Positions 1 to 10,634 are shown, counted from the first letter of the stretch. The stretch: DNA of 64,000 bases from an uncultured Gammaproteobacteria bacterium (GCA_964383495.1 CAYLHG010000002.1:94137-158136), one strand, 5' to 3'. Made by a program: numbers and translations. Notes: generated by a model not told the origin, from the sequence alone.

Positions 1-478
1 AATCACAATCGCTCGCTCTTTAGCCAAATGGTTCACATTCTCTTCTAACCCGTTCAAACGTAAAGAATAACCGTTTTGACCATAATAAGGTTCTTCAGTA
101 ATAAACAACCCCAAACTTGATTGCCAACTCTCAGGAACATTGGAAAACTTCCGCGCATAGGTTTCCCCGCTGCCTCGCCCATGGGAAACAAGCTCTTCAT
201 AAAGCAGCTTTTTGCGTTTTAAATCAAACACCCACAACCTGGGCTGATATGAGGGTTTGCTATAATCGATAACGGTGAAAATGGGGCTGCTAGAAACGCC
301 TACCGCCTGGGCATTATGAAAAGCAGTGAGTGCTTTATCCATCACTTTATGATCAAGGTATTTTGTCTGACCTGTTAATTGTTGTACGAGCACTTTGTGG
401 GGGTCTACGGCTAACGCCGGCCCGGAGGCGGGCACCACAAATAGGCCCATAAAAAAAACTAATAGCAGGCCGCGCATG
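1..478 (-). CDS. Secreted YkuD-like L,D-transpeptidase-domain protein. N-terminal part only; the gene runs off the window start.
   Basis: Minus-strand ORF with ATG at 479..477 and a signal-peptide-like N-terminus (MRGLLLVFFMGLFVVPASGPALA). An HGRGSG..SLGLF region resembles the YkuD/YkuD_2 catalytic domain. Not in the ORF track because it is truncated by the window edge. Confidence 0.45.
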
Positions 479-758
479 AGGGATTTAAACATCTCTAACC
501 TCCCTGTCAGGGATTTGCTAACTTATTGATATATAAATTAAAATGTTTTGCCATTCTGGTATTATACACGACGAAATGTGCAAGTGCAATTGGTCAGTAC
601 TGCTTCATTAATATATTAAGCTTTTTGAAAAAGTCACATTTTCCAATAGGTTAGATAATTTTAAAATATGGCGAGAGAATTGGCAATTATTAAATAGGAA
701 TTATGCAAAACTCGCCTCGCGGTCAGCGTAGTGAGCGCATAAAGATAATCGTGTTCTA

Positions 759-1271
759 CTATGGTACGGGGGAATAGGCAGGCCGAAACTCTCTTAGACC
801 CTCAACTGCTTGTATCGCACCTTTAGCCACATCCATAGTCTGCAGCAATGCCATACCGGCTCCAAATCCAAATAAAACACCGTATGTGCTCTTTTCCTTC
901 TCGCTTTGTAGCCCCTCATAATCAGCAGGGCCAAGGTCTGCTCCAAGCACCGCAGCCAAGGAGTAGCTTAAAACAGAAATGAGCGCCGCCCAAGAAACAA
1001 CCATAAAAAACTTCTCGCACGTTTCGGCAGAAGGCATGGTCACTCCACAAACCTTTGTTGTCGTTGCTATCGGCCCCGTGGCCGTTCCATGCGCGTACGC
1101 TGATATTGTTAGAGCGGCGACAAACGTGGCCAATAATGTCAATACTAGAGGATCATTCAACAGATAAGGATCAAGCTCCCCATCTTCAGCTGCGTTAACG
1201 GCCTCATAAGCGCCCCAAACAACTAAAAGACCTACCGTTGAAAGACTGATTAAACTTAGAAAAGCTTTCAT
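759..1271 (-). CDS. Hypothetical integral membrane protein with about 4 TM helices.
   Basis: Hydrophobic ORF. The probable start is the MKAFLSL Met at 1271, which has a GAGGG SD 9 nt upstream. The ORF-track start at 1286 lacks an SD. Confidence 0.4.
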   Translation of the reverse strand: MKAFLSLISLSTVGLLVVWGAYEAVNAAEDGELDPYLLNDPLVLTLLATFVAALTISAYAHGTATGPIATTTKVCGVTMPSAETCEKFFMVVSWAALISVLSYSLAAVLGADLGPADYEGLQSEKEKSTYGVLFGFGAGMALLQTMDVAKGAIQAVEGLREFRPAYSPVP

Positions 1272-1436
1272 GTTATGGACCCTCAATACAGAAAGTCATA
1301 TTACCATCATTGTTGTCTCGCTACAAGGAAGCCCATCAACCGATTACTGATAGGACTTACGCATAGGGGATGAGCTTACCCCCCCTTGACAGCCTGATGA
1401 AGCGCCTGCCAAAATTCATGCCTTAAAGGGGTTGCG

Positions 1437-2687
1437 ATGAAAAAATCAAGCATCTTTGCAGTTGTCACGGGTAATATTATCGAGTGGTATGATTTTTCGC
1501 TATATATTTTTCTTGCACCAGTGATTGCACATCATTTTTTTCCTGATCAAAATCACCTGAACGCAATGCTCTCCACTTTTTTAATTTTTGCACTCGGGTT
1601 TTTTATTCGCCCTCTAGGTTCAATCATTTTTGGGCATTTAGGTGATAGGCTGGGGCGTAGTCAAACGCTCAAAATTTCAATTCTATTCATCTCATTACCC
1701 ACCATCGCCATTAGTTTCTTGCCAACTTATGATATGTGGGGCATTTACGCAGGTCTAACCTTAGCGTTGTTACGTTTATTACAAGGCATATGCATCGGTG
1801 GTGAATTTGCCGGCAGCATGATTTATCTCACCGAAATGGCGCCGCCCGATAAACGCGCGTTCATTAGCTCAATGGCGAATAACGGTTCTAATTTTGGCAT
1901 TTTATGCGCAACATTAATATCTGCATTCATTTCTAGCATCATGTCGGAGAGCAGCTTTTTTGCTTATGGTTGGCGCATTCCGTTTATTATTGGCGGTGTG
2001 TTTGGGTTGATAGGCTTATGGCTTCGCCGTGATATTCAAGAAACACCCGTGTTTTACGCACTCGCAAAGCACGGTAGATTAGTGAGCGTGCCACTCTTAC
2101 AAGTGTTAAAACATCACAAAATAGATATTTCACGTATTTTTTTATTACTTGTGATGTCTGCTGTGGGTAGCTATGTATTGCTTGAATTCATGAGCACTTA
2201 TCTCAATCAATATTTTGGTTATTCCTTACGTTCTGCATTGCAAGTGCAATCCATTTATAATGCACTCACTTTTCTTCTTGTAATGATTGCAGCTAAATAT
2301 TCTGATCGTTATGGGCGTCGCCCAATGTTATTGATTTCAGCCATTGGGTATATTGTATTGAGTATTCCTTGTTTTTATTTGTTAAAAATGACAGGTTTAT
2401 CAATATTTTTATTACCGCTTGTCATTCTATATTGCATTGAGCAAGCCACAACGCCTGTCACCATGGTCGAACTTCATGCGCCTGCTGCACGTTACACGGG
2501 CATTTCTATTGGATACAATCTCACTATGGCGTTAGTTGCTGGCACAGCGCCGATGTTTAACACATGGTTGATCGCTGTGTTTGACGATCCATTAGTCATT
2601 GCGTATTATCTGGCTGGCGCTGCGCTGATTTCACTCATCGTCATAATATTTGGATTGCCTAAAGAATTTGGAACGAACTGCACTTAG
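1437..2687 (+). CDS. MFS transporter, metabolite:H+ symporter (MHS/ProP-like) family.
   Basis: 12-TM profile with a conserved MHS N-terminus (IIEWYDFSLYIFLAPVIAHHFFP). An AGGGG SD precedes the ATG. Confidence 0.8.
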   Translation: MKKSSIFAVVTGNIIEWYDFSLYIFLAPVIAHHFFPDQNHLNAMLSTFLIFALGFFIRPLGSIIFGHLGDRLGRSQTLKISILFISLPTIAISFLPTYDMWGIYAGLTLALLRLLQGICIGGEFAGSMIYLTEMAPPDKRAFISSMANNGSNFGILCATLISAFISSIMSESSFFAYGWRIPFIIGGVFGLIGLWLRRDIQETPVFYALAKHGRLVSVPLLQVLKHHKIDISRIFLLLVMSAVGSYVLLEFMSTYLNQYFGYSLRSALQVQSIYNALTFLLVMIAAKYSDRYGRRPMLLISAIGYIVLSIPCFYLLKMTGLSIFLLPLVILYCIEQATTPVTMVELHAPAARYTGISIGYNLTMALVAGTAPMFNTWLIAVFDDPLVIAYYLAGAALISLIVIIFGLPKEFGTNCT

Positions 2688-3054
2688 GTAATTCTAAGTC
2701 CATTCCCATCACTTCACATACCGCTTCTTGCACCATGATCATTTTCGTATCGCTCAATTTCATCAGTGGACCTTGAGATAAACGCTGGTTATCAATTGCA
2801 CGGATTTGATCAATCAACAAATCAGAATCTGTTTTTAATTCTGATTTTGCTTTCACCCGAATTCTCAAAGGGTACGCATCATCAACCAATTGCGTGGTCA
2901 GCGGAATAATCAATGTGCTGGGATGCCCAACATCTAGCAATATTTGATTTTGAATAATCAGCACCGGGCGGGTTTTGCCTGGTTCAATGCCTTTATTTGG
3001 GTTAAGATTAGCGAGCCAAATTTCGCCTCTACTCAGCTTCTGGATCTTGCTCAA
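2659..3054 (-). CDS. MazF/PemK-family type II toxin (mRNA interferase).
   Basis: Carries the GEIWLANLNPNKGIEPGKTRPVLIIQN and LIIPLTT motifs characteristic of PemK/MazF. Overlaps the upstream antitoxin ORF by 26 nt. Confidence 0.8.
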   Translation of the reverse strand: MSKIQKLSRGEIWLANLNPNKGIEPGKTRPVLIIQNQILLDVGHPSTLIIPLTTQLVDDAYPLRIRVKAKSELKTDSDLLIDQIRAIDNQRLSQGPLMKLSDTKMIMVQEAVCEVMGMDLELPKCSSFQIL

Positions 3055-3289
3055 TTTCAGTGAACTCCTGGTTTATTTTTATACTTTCATCTCTCACGAG
3101 ATAACTTGCTCTTTTTAATTGTTGTGAGCGCGCAACCCGTTCAGTATGGGCGTTCATACGTTCAATAGCCTCCCGAATATATTCTGTTTGAGATAAATGC
3201 AAAGATTGCGCTTTGGCCTGCATTTCCCCCAATAGTTTTTCGCTTAATCTCACTGATACCATGGCCACAGCGCCCCCTTTGTCATACAT
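3029..3289 (-). CDS. Ribbon-helix-helix (CopG-like) antitoxin partner of the MazF/PemK toxin.
   Basis: 86-aa ORF immediately upstream of the toxin and overlapping it. VSVRLSEKLLGEM...EYIREAIE matches an RHH beta-strand/helix pattern. Confidence 0.6.
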   Translation of the reverse strand: MYDKGGAVAMVSVRLSEKLLGEMQAKAQSLHLSQTEYIREAIERMNAHTERVARSQQLKRASYLVRDESIKINQEFTEIEQDPEAE

Positions 3290-3448
3290 TTTGTATTATA
3301 GTTTGAAATACAGGCGTTGGCAAATGCAACGAGCAAACGATGCCAAACGGGAATTAACATTATTTTTCAAAAGGTTAAATAACTCGTCTCATGTCGGCGT
3401 AAAGCTTCCCGCCACACAAGAACTACATCACTGTAATACACAACCCCA

Positions 3449-4660
3449 TCAACAAGGGTTAATTGAAGCTGCCTTAATAGTTAACTGCGGCACCGGCTCA
3501 TCGGCTAACTGAATGTTGATAAAATTACCTACAGACGCTTCGAAATGAAAAGCAGTCCTATCAGGCGAGCTTGCAAATTTTGCAAGCATCGCATCTTGTT
3601 GGCTTGATAAACCAAATAACGGAATTGTTCTATTATCACCAAGAGCTGCAATAAAATTTGGAATTGATAAATAAAGCTGCCGTTGCAACTCAAGAAAAAC
3701 TATTAAAACTTCTTCTTCTGTTTTTCCCTGCATAATTTTTTCCTTAAGATTTTTTAAAACAGCAGGGAGGAAAGTGATAGCCTCAATACTGCACTCAGAA
3801 AATATTTTTGTCTCAAGCGCTGCAACAGATTTTATAAGCGTTGATTGGTTATAAATAAATTTTTGGTACTCAAAATTGTTATCCAGAGTAATAAAAGCAA
3901 GCATTTTCTCAAGCCTGCAAATGAATTCTTGCTCCATGGGATTAAAAGATTGCTTTAGATTTTCTCTTCCATCAAAAACACTATTAGCAAGATAATAATT
4001 AATTAAAACCCCGCCATCTAAGGCAGCAAGCAATGCATAAAACTTATCTTCAAAAGGACGATCAAAAGTTTCACTCGTTGACTCTCCTAATGCATAATTT
4101 TTCTCAATATTAAATCCACATGCATTCAAATACCAGAATGCATCCATTAATACTCGTGATCTCTGTAGAGTTCTTTGTGGCACTGAAGCAGCAGGCACTT
4201 CTCCTAATTGCAAATGCCTTAGATGTAAATAGAAAAATTTTGTTTTAATGGCTAATTTTGCACCATCTGACAATACATTATAAATAGAAAATATTTCCGG
4301 TGCTTTTTCTAACATTCTAAAAAATGATGGAACCGCATCTTTAAGCGCTGCGTATCCTCTTTTTTGAAAAGCGTCTATGCTGGCAGGTGAATTTTTACAT
4401 CCATCCAACAAAACCAATACAATTAATGCTTGCTTTTCATCGGGCGATAATTTTTCAACAACAGCTATTTTTTTCTCTAATAAAAAAGTTACTAGACAGT
4501 GCAATCTATGAATCGTTCTCTTCATTTCATATTCATTAAATGCCCACTCAAGCTGTTTCTTAACATCTGCAAAAGTAAGATTTCCTCTTACGTTCGCATC
4601 TATATTTTCAAATTTTCTAGCCAAGGAAGGATATAATGAAAGAACATCAGATAGTAGCAT
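3449..4660 (-). CDS. Hypothetical protein, 403 aa. AT-rich orphan lying 33 nt downstream of nuoN.
   Basis: Long clean ORF with no recognisable motif. Visibly more AT-rich than the flanking nuo genes and co-directional with the nuo operon. Confidence 0.55.
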   Translation of the reverse strand: MLLSDVLSLYPSLARKFENIDANVRGNLTFADVKKQLEWAFNEYEMKRTIHRLHCLVTFLLEKKIAVVEKLSPDEKQALIVLVLLDGCKNSPASIDAFQKRGYAALKDAVPSFFRMLEKAPEIFSIYNVLSDGAKLAIKTKFFYLHLRHLQLGEVPAASVPQRTLQRSRVLMDAFWYLNACGFNIEKNYALGESTSETFDRPFEDKFYALLAALDGGVLINYYLANSVFDGRENLKQSFNPMEQEFICRLEKMLAFITLDNNFEYQKFIYNQSTLIKSVAALETKIFSECSIEAITFLPAVLKNLKEKIMQGKTEEEVLIVFLELQRQLYLSIPNFIAALGDNRTIPLFGLSSQQDAMLAKFASSPDRTAFHFEASVGNFINIQLADEPVPQLTIKAASINPC

Positions 4661-4693
4661 AATAATGTACTCCTATGAAAACCTGAAAGAATG

Positions 4694-6103
4694 TTACATC
4701 ACCGCCATGCATAACCCCATTAGCAATCCCGGCGTAATACCCAACAACCAAGTTGCCAAGGCATTCAAACTCAATAATACACCCGCTGCTTTAGGAACGG
4801 CAAAACTTGGTTCAGAAGCTTCATCAAAATACATCACTTTCACAATTCTCAAATAATAAAATACACCAACGACAGACATTAATAAACCTAAAATCGCTAT
4901 CACTAAAGCACCTTGATTTACTAACGCCATTAATACGGATAATTTTGCATAAAACCCAATCGTAGGCGGAACACCTGCTAATGAGAAAAATACTAATAAC
5001 ATCAAAAAAGCTACCCAAGGGTTGCGTTTACTTAACCCTTTTAAATCATCGATGTTTTGAATATCAGCACCTACATGCGATAACACAACCAATACCCCAA
5101 ACGCTGCAGCAGTCATCAACACATAGGCAAAAATGTAATACAACGCTTCTGGAAATGCATTGGCATACACTGCAAGGAAAATAAACCCAACATGTGAAAT
5201 GGCGGAATAGCCCAGTAATCGCTTAATGTCTTTTTGCACTAATGCTACTATATTTCCTACTATCAACGACAATATCGCCATAACCAACATAAACCCTTGC
5301 CACTCAAATGCAAACTGCCCAAATAAATCAGACAATAATCGCACTAACATGCCAAAGGCTGCAATTTCAGGCGCGGAAGCAATGAATAAGACAACAGGTT
5401 GCGCAGAACCTTGATATACATCTGGCAACCACGCATGAAAGGGTACTGCACCAAATTTAAATGCAATACCTACAACCATAAACACCAAACCTATCGACAA
5501 CAATGTATGCGGCGATGTGGATACTTGATTGGTCACAGTCGTTAAATCTAGTGTTCCCGTGCTTCCATACACTAACGACATACCAAACAATAACATGCCT
5601 GAAGCCAATGCACCCATGACAAAATATTTCATCGCGGCTTCTACACCCACGTCACGCGAAGGCACAATCGCTACCATTGCGTATAAAGGCAATGATAATA
5701 ATTCTAAACCTAAATATAACGAAAGCATGGTGCCTGATGAAATCAATACGCACATGCCCATTACAGAAAATAAACCTAATAAATAATATTCAGAAGCACG
5801 ACGACTATCATGATTAAAATAACTTTTTGAATATGCAAATACTAATACGACTGTTAAAAACACAGCCATTTTTGAAAGCGCTGAAAAAGAGGACAGTATC
5901 ACGTGCCCGCTCATGATAGGTCCACTTAATTGCCATGTTTGAATAGCAGCCCAGAAAGCAGCTAATAACCCTGCTTGAGCTAATACATACGTCACACGAG
6001 CTTCATAAGCTTTTCCACAAAATAAATGTGCAAACATCACTACGCACGATGTGATCAATAAAATAATTTCAGGAGCAATGCCGAACCACTCATGCATGTT
6101 CAT
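4694..6103 (-). CDS. nuoN: NADH-quinone oxidoreductase subunit N.
   Basis: Polytopic antiporter-like subunit, last in the nuo operon order. Confidence 0.9.
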   Translation of the reverse strand: MNMHEWFGIAPEIILLITSCVVMFAHLFCGKAYEARVTYVLAQAGLLAAFWAAIQTWQLSGPIMSGHVILSSFSALSKMAVFLTVVLVFAYSKSYFNHDSRRASEYYLLGLFSVMGMCVLISSGTMLSLYLGLELLSLPLYAMVAIVPSRDVGVEAAMKYFVMGALASGMLLFGMSLVYGSTGTLDLTTVTNQVSTSPHTLLSIGLVFMVVGIAFKFGAVPFHAWLPDVYQGSAQPVVLFIASAPEIAAFGMLVRLLSDLFGQFAFEWQGFMLVMAILSLIVGNIVALVQKDIKRLLGYSAISHVGFIFLAVYANAFPEALYYIFAYVLMTAAAFGVLVVLSHVGADIQNIDDLKGLSKRNPWVAFLMLLVFFSLAGVPPTIGFYAKLSVLMALVNQGALVIAILGLLMSVVGVFYYLRIVKVMYFDEASEPSFAVPKAAGVLLSLNALATWLLGITPGLLMGLCMAVM

Positions 6104-6104
6104 T

Positions 6105-7634
6105 CTAAAAGCCTCCTGTGGGCACGAGCCCTAACGACAATGTATGTGCCAATTGTTTGATCGAAGCATGCATCATGTGCAATAAAGGCTCCGGCCATAT
6201 GCCCAAAAGAATCACGCCTATGGCTAACACACTTAAATAAAACATTTCACGCGAGCAAATATCTTTCAATGCGGCCACGTTTTGATTTGCTACTTCTCCA
6301 TAAAATACGCGGCGTATCATCCATAATGTATACGCAGGAGATAATAACAATGTGAGCCCTGCCAGCAATGCTACGATAAAGCTTAATTTGAAGCTGGCTA
6401 ATATCACAAAAAATTCACCCACAAAACCAGAGGTACCAGGAAGCCCCACATTAGCCATGGCAAACACTACCGCAAATGCAGTGAATACTGGCATCACATT
6501 CGCGACACCGCCGTAATCTTTGATTTCACGGCTGTGTAAACGATCATATAAGACCCCTACACATAAAAAAAGTGCGCTTGAAATTAAACCGTGCGAAACC
6601 ATTTGCACCATCGCACCTTCTAACCCCATACGCGCTTGCATCATATCGCCCGAAACAATTAAAGGCGCTGCCATGAAAATACCTAACGTTGCAAACCCCA
6701 TGTGTGCAATAGAAGAGTAAGCAATTAGTTTTTTCATATCACGCTGCACGATTGCTATAAATCCAATATAAACAACAGCGATCAGCGACAAAATAATCAT
6801 GGGTTGCGCTAATGTTAAACTTGCCTCAGGTGTGATCGGCAAAGCAAACCGAAGAAACCCGTATCCGCCTAATTTCAACATGATGGCTGCCAAAATCACG
6901 GAACCGCCCGTAGGTGCTTCCACATGAGCATCTGGCAACCAAGTGTGTATTGGGAACATAGGCACTTTCACTGCAAATGCAACTAAAAATGCTAAAAACA
7001 CCCAAAACTGAGCTTGATCAGATAGATTCAATGCATAAAAATCCATGATAGTAAAACTGCCGCCAGCTTGATTGTATAAAAAGATCAATGCGACCAGCAT
7101 AAAAATAGAACCTAAAAAGGTATACAAAAAGAATTTAATCGTTGCATACACGCGCCGTGGGCCACCCCAAATCCCAATGATTAAAAACATCGGAATTAAC
7201 AAAGCCTCCCAGAAAATATAAAATAACATTGCATCTGTGGCTAAAAAAGCACCTGTCATTAGACCTTGTAATATCAAAAACGCGCTGTAATATTGCGCCA
7301 CGCGTGTTTCTATTACGCGCCATCCTGCTAGTACAACAATGACTGTACACAATGCAGATAAAATCACTAAAGGTAATGCGATACCATCTACCCCCAACGC
7401 GTATACAATTTTAAAAGATTTTACCCAAGGTACAATTTCTTGTAATTGTAATGCTGCACTGCTTGAATCAAATAAGCAGCCAATCACACCGGTGATCCCT
7501 AGCGTCACAAGGCTAATCGCTAATGCAAGAGATTTGATCAGCTGAGGCGATTTATCACGCGACAACGCTAATAATAGTAGCCCCCCAATAATGGGGAACC
7601 AGATAGACAAACTTAACCATGGCCACAAAAACAT
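6105..7634 (-). CDS. nuoM: NADH-quinone oxidoreductase subunit M.
   Basis: Antiporter-like subunit carrying the conserved HTWLPDAH motif. Confidence 0.9.
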   Translation of the reverse strand: MFLWPWLSLSIWFPIIGGLLLLALSRDKSPQLIKSLALAISLVTLGITGVIGCLFDSSSAALQLQEIVPWVKSFKIVYALGVDGIALPLVILSALCTVIVVLAGWRVIETRVAQYYSAFLILQGLMTGAFLATDAMLFYIFWEALLIPMFLIIGIWGGPRRVYATIKFFLYTFLGSIFMLVALIFLYNQAGGSFTIMDFYALNLSDQAQFWVFLAFLVAFAVKVPMFPIHTWLPDAHVEAPTGGSVILAAIMLKLGGYGFLRFALPITPEASLTLAQPMIILSLIAVVYIGFIAIVQRDMKKLIAYSSIAHMGFATLGIFMAAPLIVSGDMMQARMGLEGAMVQMVSHGLISSALFLCVGVLYDRLHSREIKDYGGVANVMPVFTAFAVVFAMANVGLPGTSGFVGEFFVILASFKLSFIVALLAGLTLLLSPAYTLWMIRRVFYGEVANQNVAALKDICSREMFYLSVLAIGVILLGIWPEPLLHMMHASIKQLAHTLSLGLVPTGGF

Positions 7635-7645
7635 ATATTACACCC

Positions 7646-9610
7646 TTAATGTGCATAGAAAAAACTATAAGACATCCATGTGATCAACACAACCACGCCC
7701 ACCAATAAAATAAATGCGTATTGGTTCAATAAACCCGACTGCAAATACCGTAATCGGCTTCCCATACGCATGATCATGTGTGCAGATCCATTCACACAAG
7801 TATCATCAATGCATTTTACGTCACCATATTGCCAAAATACATTTCCTAATTTAAGTGATCCCTTTGCAAAAAACCAATCGTTAAATGCATCAAACCCATA
7901 TTTATTATTCAAAATAGAATAAATGAGTGAAAAGCGATGCGAAAACCACCTCGGCACATTTGAAAATTTCTCATACAATAAATATGCTGTTACCGCGCCT
8001 GAAATGGCTATCCAGAAAGACATCGCCATCGGTGCATGTAATGCAAAAGCAATTGCTCCATTAAAATGATGCGCTAGCTCTTCTAATACATTGTGAGTAA
8101 CAAAAATGCTGTTTGATAATAATCCTGTATTTGAAAATAATATATTTTGAGCGAGTAACCCGCCAATCAATACGGATGGGATAGCCAATAATATTAATGG
8201 TATGGTGACAACGTTAGGCGATTCATGCACATGGGAAGCTGTGTGATGATCCATACGTGGCTTTGTATGAAATACCAAAAATAATAAACGGAAAGAATAC
8301 ATAGCTGTTACAAACACACCTAATAAAACAGCCCATTTCGCATAAGTTGCTCCTGGCATATTCGCCATGGAAACTGCTTCAATGATCACATCTTTTGAAT
8401 AAAAGCCCGAAAATGGTGGTAAACCTGCTAGCGCTAAAGAACCGAGTAACATTGTGACATAAGTAATCGGCATCTTACGCCATAATCCACCCATTTTGCG
8501 AATGTCTTGCTCATGATGCATCCCCATAATCACAGAGCCTGCGCCTAAAAACAATAACGCCTTAAAAAAAGCATGCGTCATTAAGTGAAAAATCCCCGCT
8601 GCATAAGCGGATACACCCAACGCTACCACCATATAGCCTAATTGCGATAAAGTGGAATAAGCAATGATTCGCTTAATATCATTCTGCACAATGCCCAAAA
8701 ATCCCATGAACAATGCTGTTGTCGCACCAATCACTAAAATAAAACTGCGCGCCACTTCACTTAATTCAAATAAAGGTGATAAACGCGATACCATGAAAAT
8801 ACCAGCGGTCACCATGGTTGCTGCGTGAATCAATGCAGAAATAGGTGTGGGACCTTCCATAGAATCAGGCAACCATACGTGCAATGGCACTTGCGCTGAT
8901 TTACCCATTGCACCAATGAATAATAAAATACAGATTGCTGTAATGAAACTTACACTGAAAGAGCCTATTTGCAGTACTTTCCCATCTAGCAATGCCACAT
9001 TGGCAAATACATCTGCATAATTTAAACTGCCAAATATTGAAAATATACCTGCGATACCTAACAGAAATCCTAAATCACCCACACGATTCACCAAAAAGGC
9101 TTTCATGTTAGCGTACACTGCTGTCGGGCGTTTAAACCAAAACCCAATCAATAAATAGGAAACTAAGCCAACCGCTTCCCATCCAAAAAATAATTGTAAA
9201 AAATTATCAGACATCACCAACATCAACATTGAAAATGTAAATAATGCAATGTAGCAAAAGAAACGTTGATAACCAGGATCATCGTGCATATAACCTATTG
9301 TATAAATGTGAACCATTAAGGAAACGAATGTCACCACGTTCATCATTAACAAACTCAATCCGTCAATTTGAAATCCAATATGCAATGGAATATTGGACAT
9401 CTGCCCCCATTCGTATAATATGAATAAACTAGGCTCTGGCGCTTTCAAATAAGTTAACAAAGCCGCCATGCTGCAAACAAACGATAAACCTACGCCTAAA
9501 ATGGTAACCCAATGTGCTGTGGCGTGCCCAATTTTACGTACGAAAAGCCCTGTGACAAGCGCACCCATTAATGGAAATAGTACGACGCCAAGACAAAATA
9601 GTTTCAACAT
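7646..9610 (-). CDS. nuoL: NADH-quinone oxidoreductase subunit L.
   Basis: 654 aa with the WLPDSMEGPTP motif. Positioned between nuoK and nuoM. Confidence 0.9.
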   Translation of the reverse strand: MLKLFCLGVVLFPLMGALVTGLFVRKIGHATAHWVTILGVGLSFVCSMAALLTYLKAPEPSLFILYEWGQMSNIPLHIGFQIDGLSLLMMNVVTFVSLMVHIYTIGYMHDDPGYQRFFCYIALFTFSMLMLVMSDNFLQLFFGWEAVGLVSYLLIGFWFKRPTAVYANMKAFLVNRVGDLGFLLGIAGIFSIFGSLNYADVFANVALLDGKVLQIGSFSVSFITAICILLFIGAMGKSAQVPLHVWLPDSMEGPTPISALIHAATMVTAGIFMVSRLSPLFELSEVARSFILVIGATTALFMGFLGIVQNDIKRIIAYSTLSQLGYMVVALGVSAYAAGIFHLMTHAFFKALLFLGAGSVIMGMHHEQDIRKMGGLWRKMPITYVTMLLGSLALAGLPPFSGFYSKDVIIEAVSMANMPGATYAKWAVLLGVFVTAMYSFRLLFLVFHTKPRMDHHTASHVHESPNVVTIPLILLAIPSVLIGGLLAQNILFSNTGLLSNSIFVTHNVLEELAHHFNGAIAFALHAPMAMSFWIAISGAVTAYLLYEKFSNVPRWFSHRFSLIYSILNNKYGFDAFNDWFFAKGSLKLGNVFWQYGDVKCIDDTCVNGSAHMIMRMGSRLRYLQSGLLNQYAFILLVGVVVLITWMSYSFFYAH

Positions 9611-9615
9611 CTCTT

Positions 9616-9924
9616 CTACCCCTTTAACTTATTCAAGGCTTCCACATCAATAGTGCTTCTTTCTCTAAAAAGCACTACTAGAATAGCCAACCCGATAGCT
9701 GCTTCTGCAGCTGCAACAGTCAGAATAAAAAAGACAAACACTTCACCCGTTGGTTGGTTCATGAAGCGTGAAAAAGCTACAAAATTAGTATTCACAGCAA
9801 GCAACATCAATTCAATACACATCAATAAGTTAATAATATTTTTACGATTGATAGCAATCCCAAACGCAGCGATACCAAACACAAGGCTGGAAACTATTAA
9901 ATAGTCATAAATACTCAGCATCAT
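9616..9924 (-). CDS. nuoK: NADH-quinone oxidoreductase subunit K.
   Basis: About 100 aa with 3 TM helices. Overlaps nuoJ by 4 nt. Confidence 0.85.
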   Translation of the reverse strand: MMLSIYDYLIVSSLVFGIAAFGIAINRKNIINLLMCIELMLLAVNTNFVAFSRFMNQPTGEVFVFFILTVAAAEAAIGLAILVVLFRERSTIDVEALNKLKG

Positions 9925-10550
9925 TTCACCTCATTTATGGCTGAATCAGGCGTTATGTTTTTCAAGACGGTTAATCGATCAGCTTTTCTTACTGCAACTT
10001 GTGCGCCGATATCTTGAATGCGACGATGCCGTGGACCACGAGCAGCCAAACCAATCGCAGCAATGATGGCAACCGTTAATAAAACACCTGCGATTTCGAA
10101 AGGATATAAATATTCAGTGTATAAAGCTACACCCAGCGCTTTGATATTACTGTAACCCACTGGCATGATGGGTAATACTTTCAACGTGCTCATGATCATA
10201 TCTTTACCCAATAACCAAATAATTTGGCCTATTAAACACACGGCCAATAAAATGCCTAAGGGTAAATAACGTGCAAAACCTTCTGTGATAGGCGTCATAT
10301 TCATGTTGAGCATCATCACCACAAACAAGAACAACACCATTACCGCGCCTACATAAACCAAAATGAGTGTGAGGGCTAAGAATTCAGATTGTAATAACAT
10401 CCACAACCCTGCCATGGCTGTGAAAGTTAATACTAACGATAACACTGCACGAACAGGGTTACGAGAAAATACAACCATTCCTGCGCCAAATAGAGTGACC
10501 GCTGAGAAAGCGTAAAAAATGAGTTTGAGAAAATCTATTTTAATATCCAT
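9921..10550 (-). CDS. nuoJ: NADH-quinone oxidoreductase subunit J.
   Basis: 209-aa membrane subunit. A GAGGG SD lies 6 nt upstream of the ATG. Confidence 0.85.
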   Translation of the reverse strand: MDIKIDFLKLIFYAFSAVTLFGAGMVVFSRNPVRAVLSLVLTFTAMAGLWMLLQSEFLALTLILVYVGAVMVLFLFVVMMLNMNMTPITEGFARYLPLGILLAVCLIGQIIWLLGKDMIMSTLKVLPIMPVGYSNIKALGVALYTEYLYPFEIAGVLLTVAIIAAIGLAARGPRHRRIQDIGAQVAVRKADRLTVLKNITPDSAINEVK

Positions 10551-10591
10551 CTATTACCCTCGCCGAAAACCCCCGACTTGCACAGAGTTTA

Positions 10592-10609
10592 TCCCCGCAA
10601 AAGCGGGGA
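10592..10609 (-). other. Perfect palindromic hairpin (TCCCCGC-TTTT-GCGGGGA) in the nuoI-nuoJ intergenic spacer.
   Basis: Read directly from the sequence: a 7-bp GC-rich stem with a 4-nt loop in the 84-nt spacer. Not followed by a U-tract. Confidence 0.4.
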
Positions 10610-10634
10610 CTCTTGCCTGCCCCTTTACCAAATG

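Noticed and set aside
3213-3512. Plus-strand 99-aa ORF overlapping the RHH antitoxin gene and the 403-aa orphan.
   Set aside because: It overlaps two better-supported minus-strand genes and has no ribosome-binding site.
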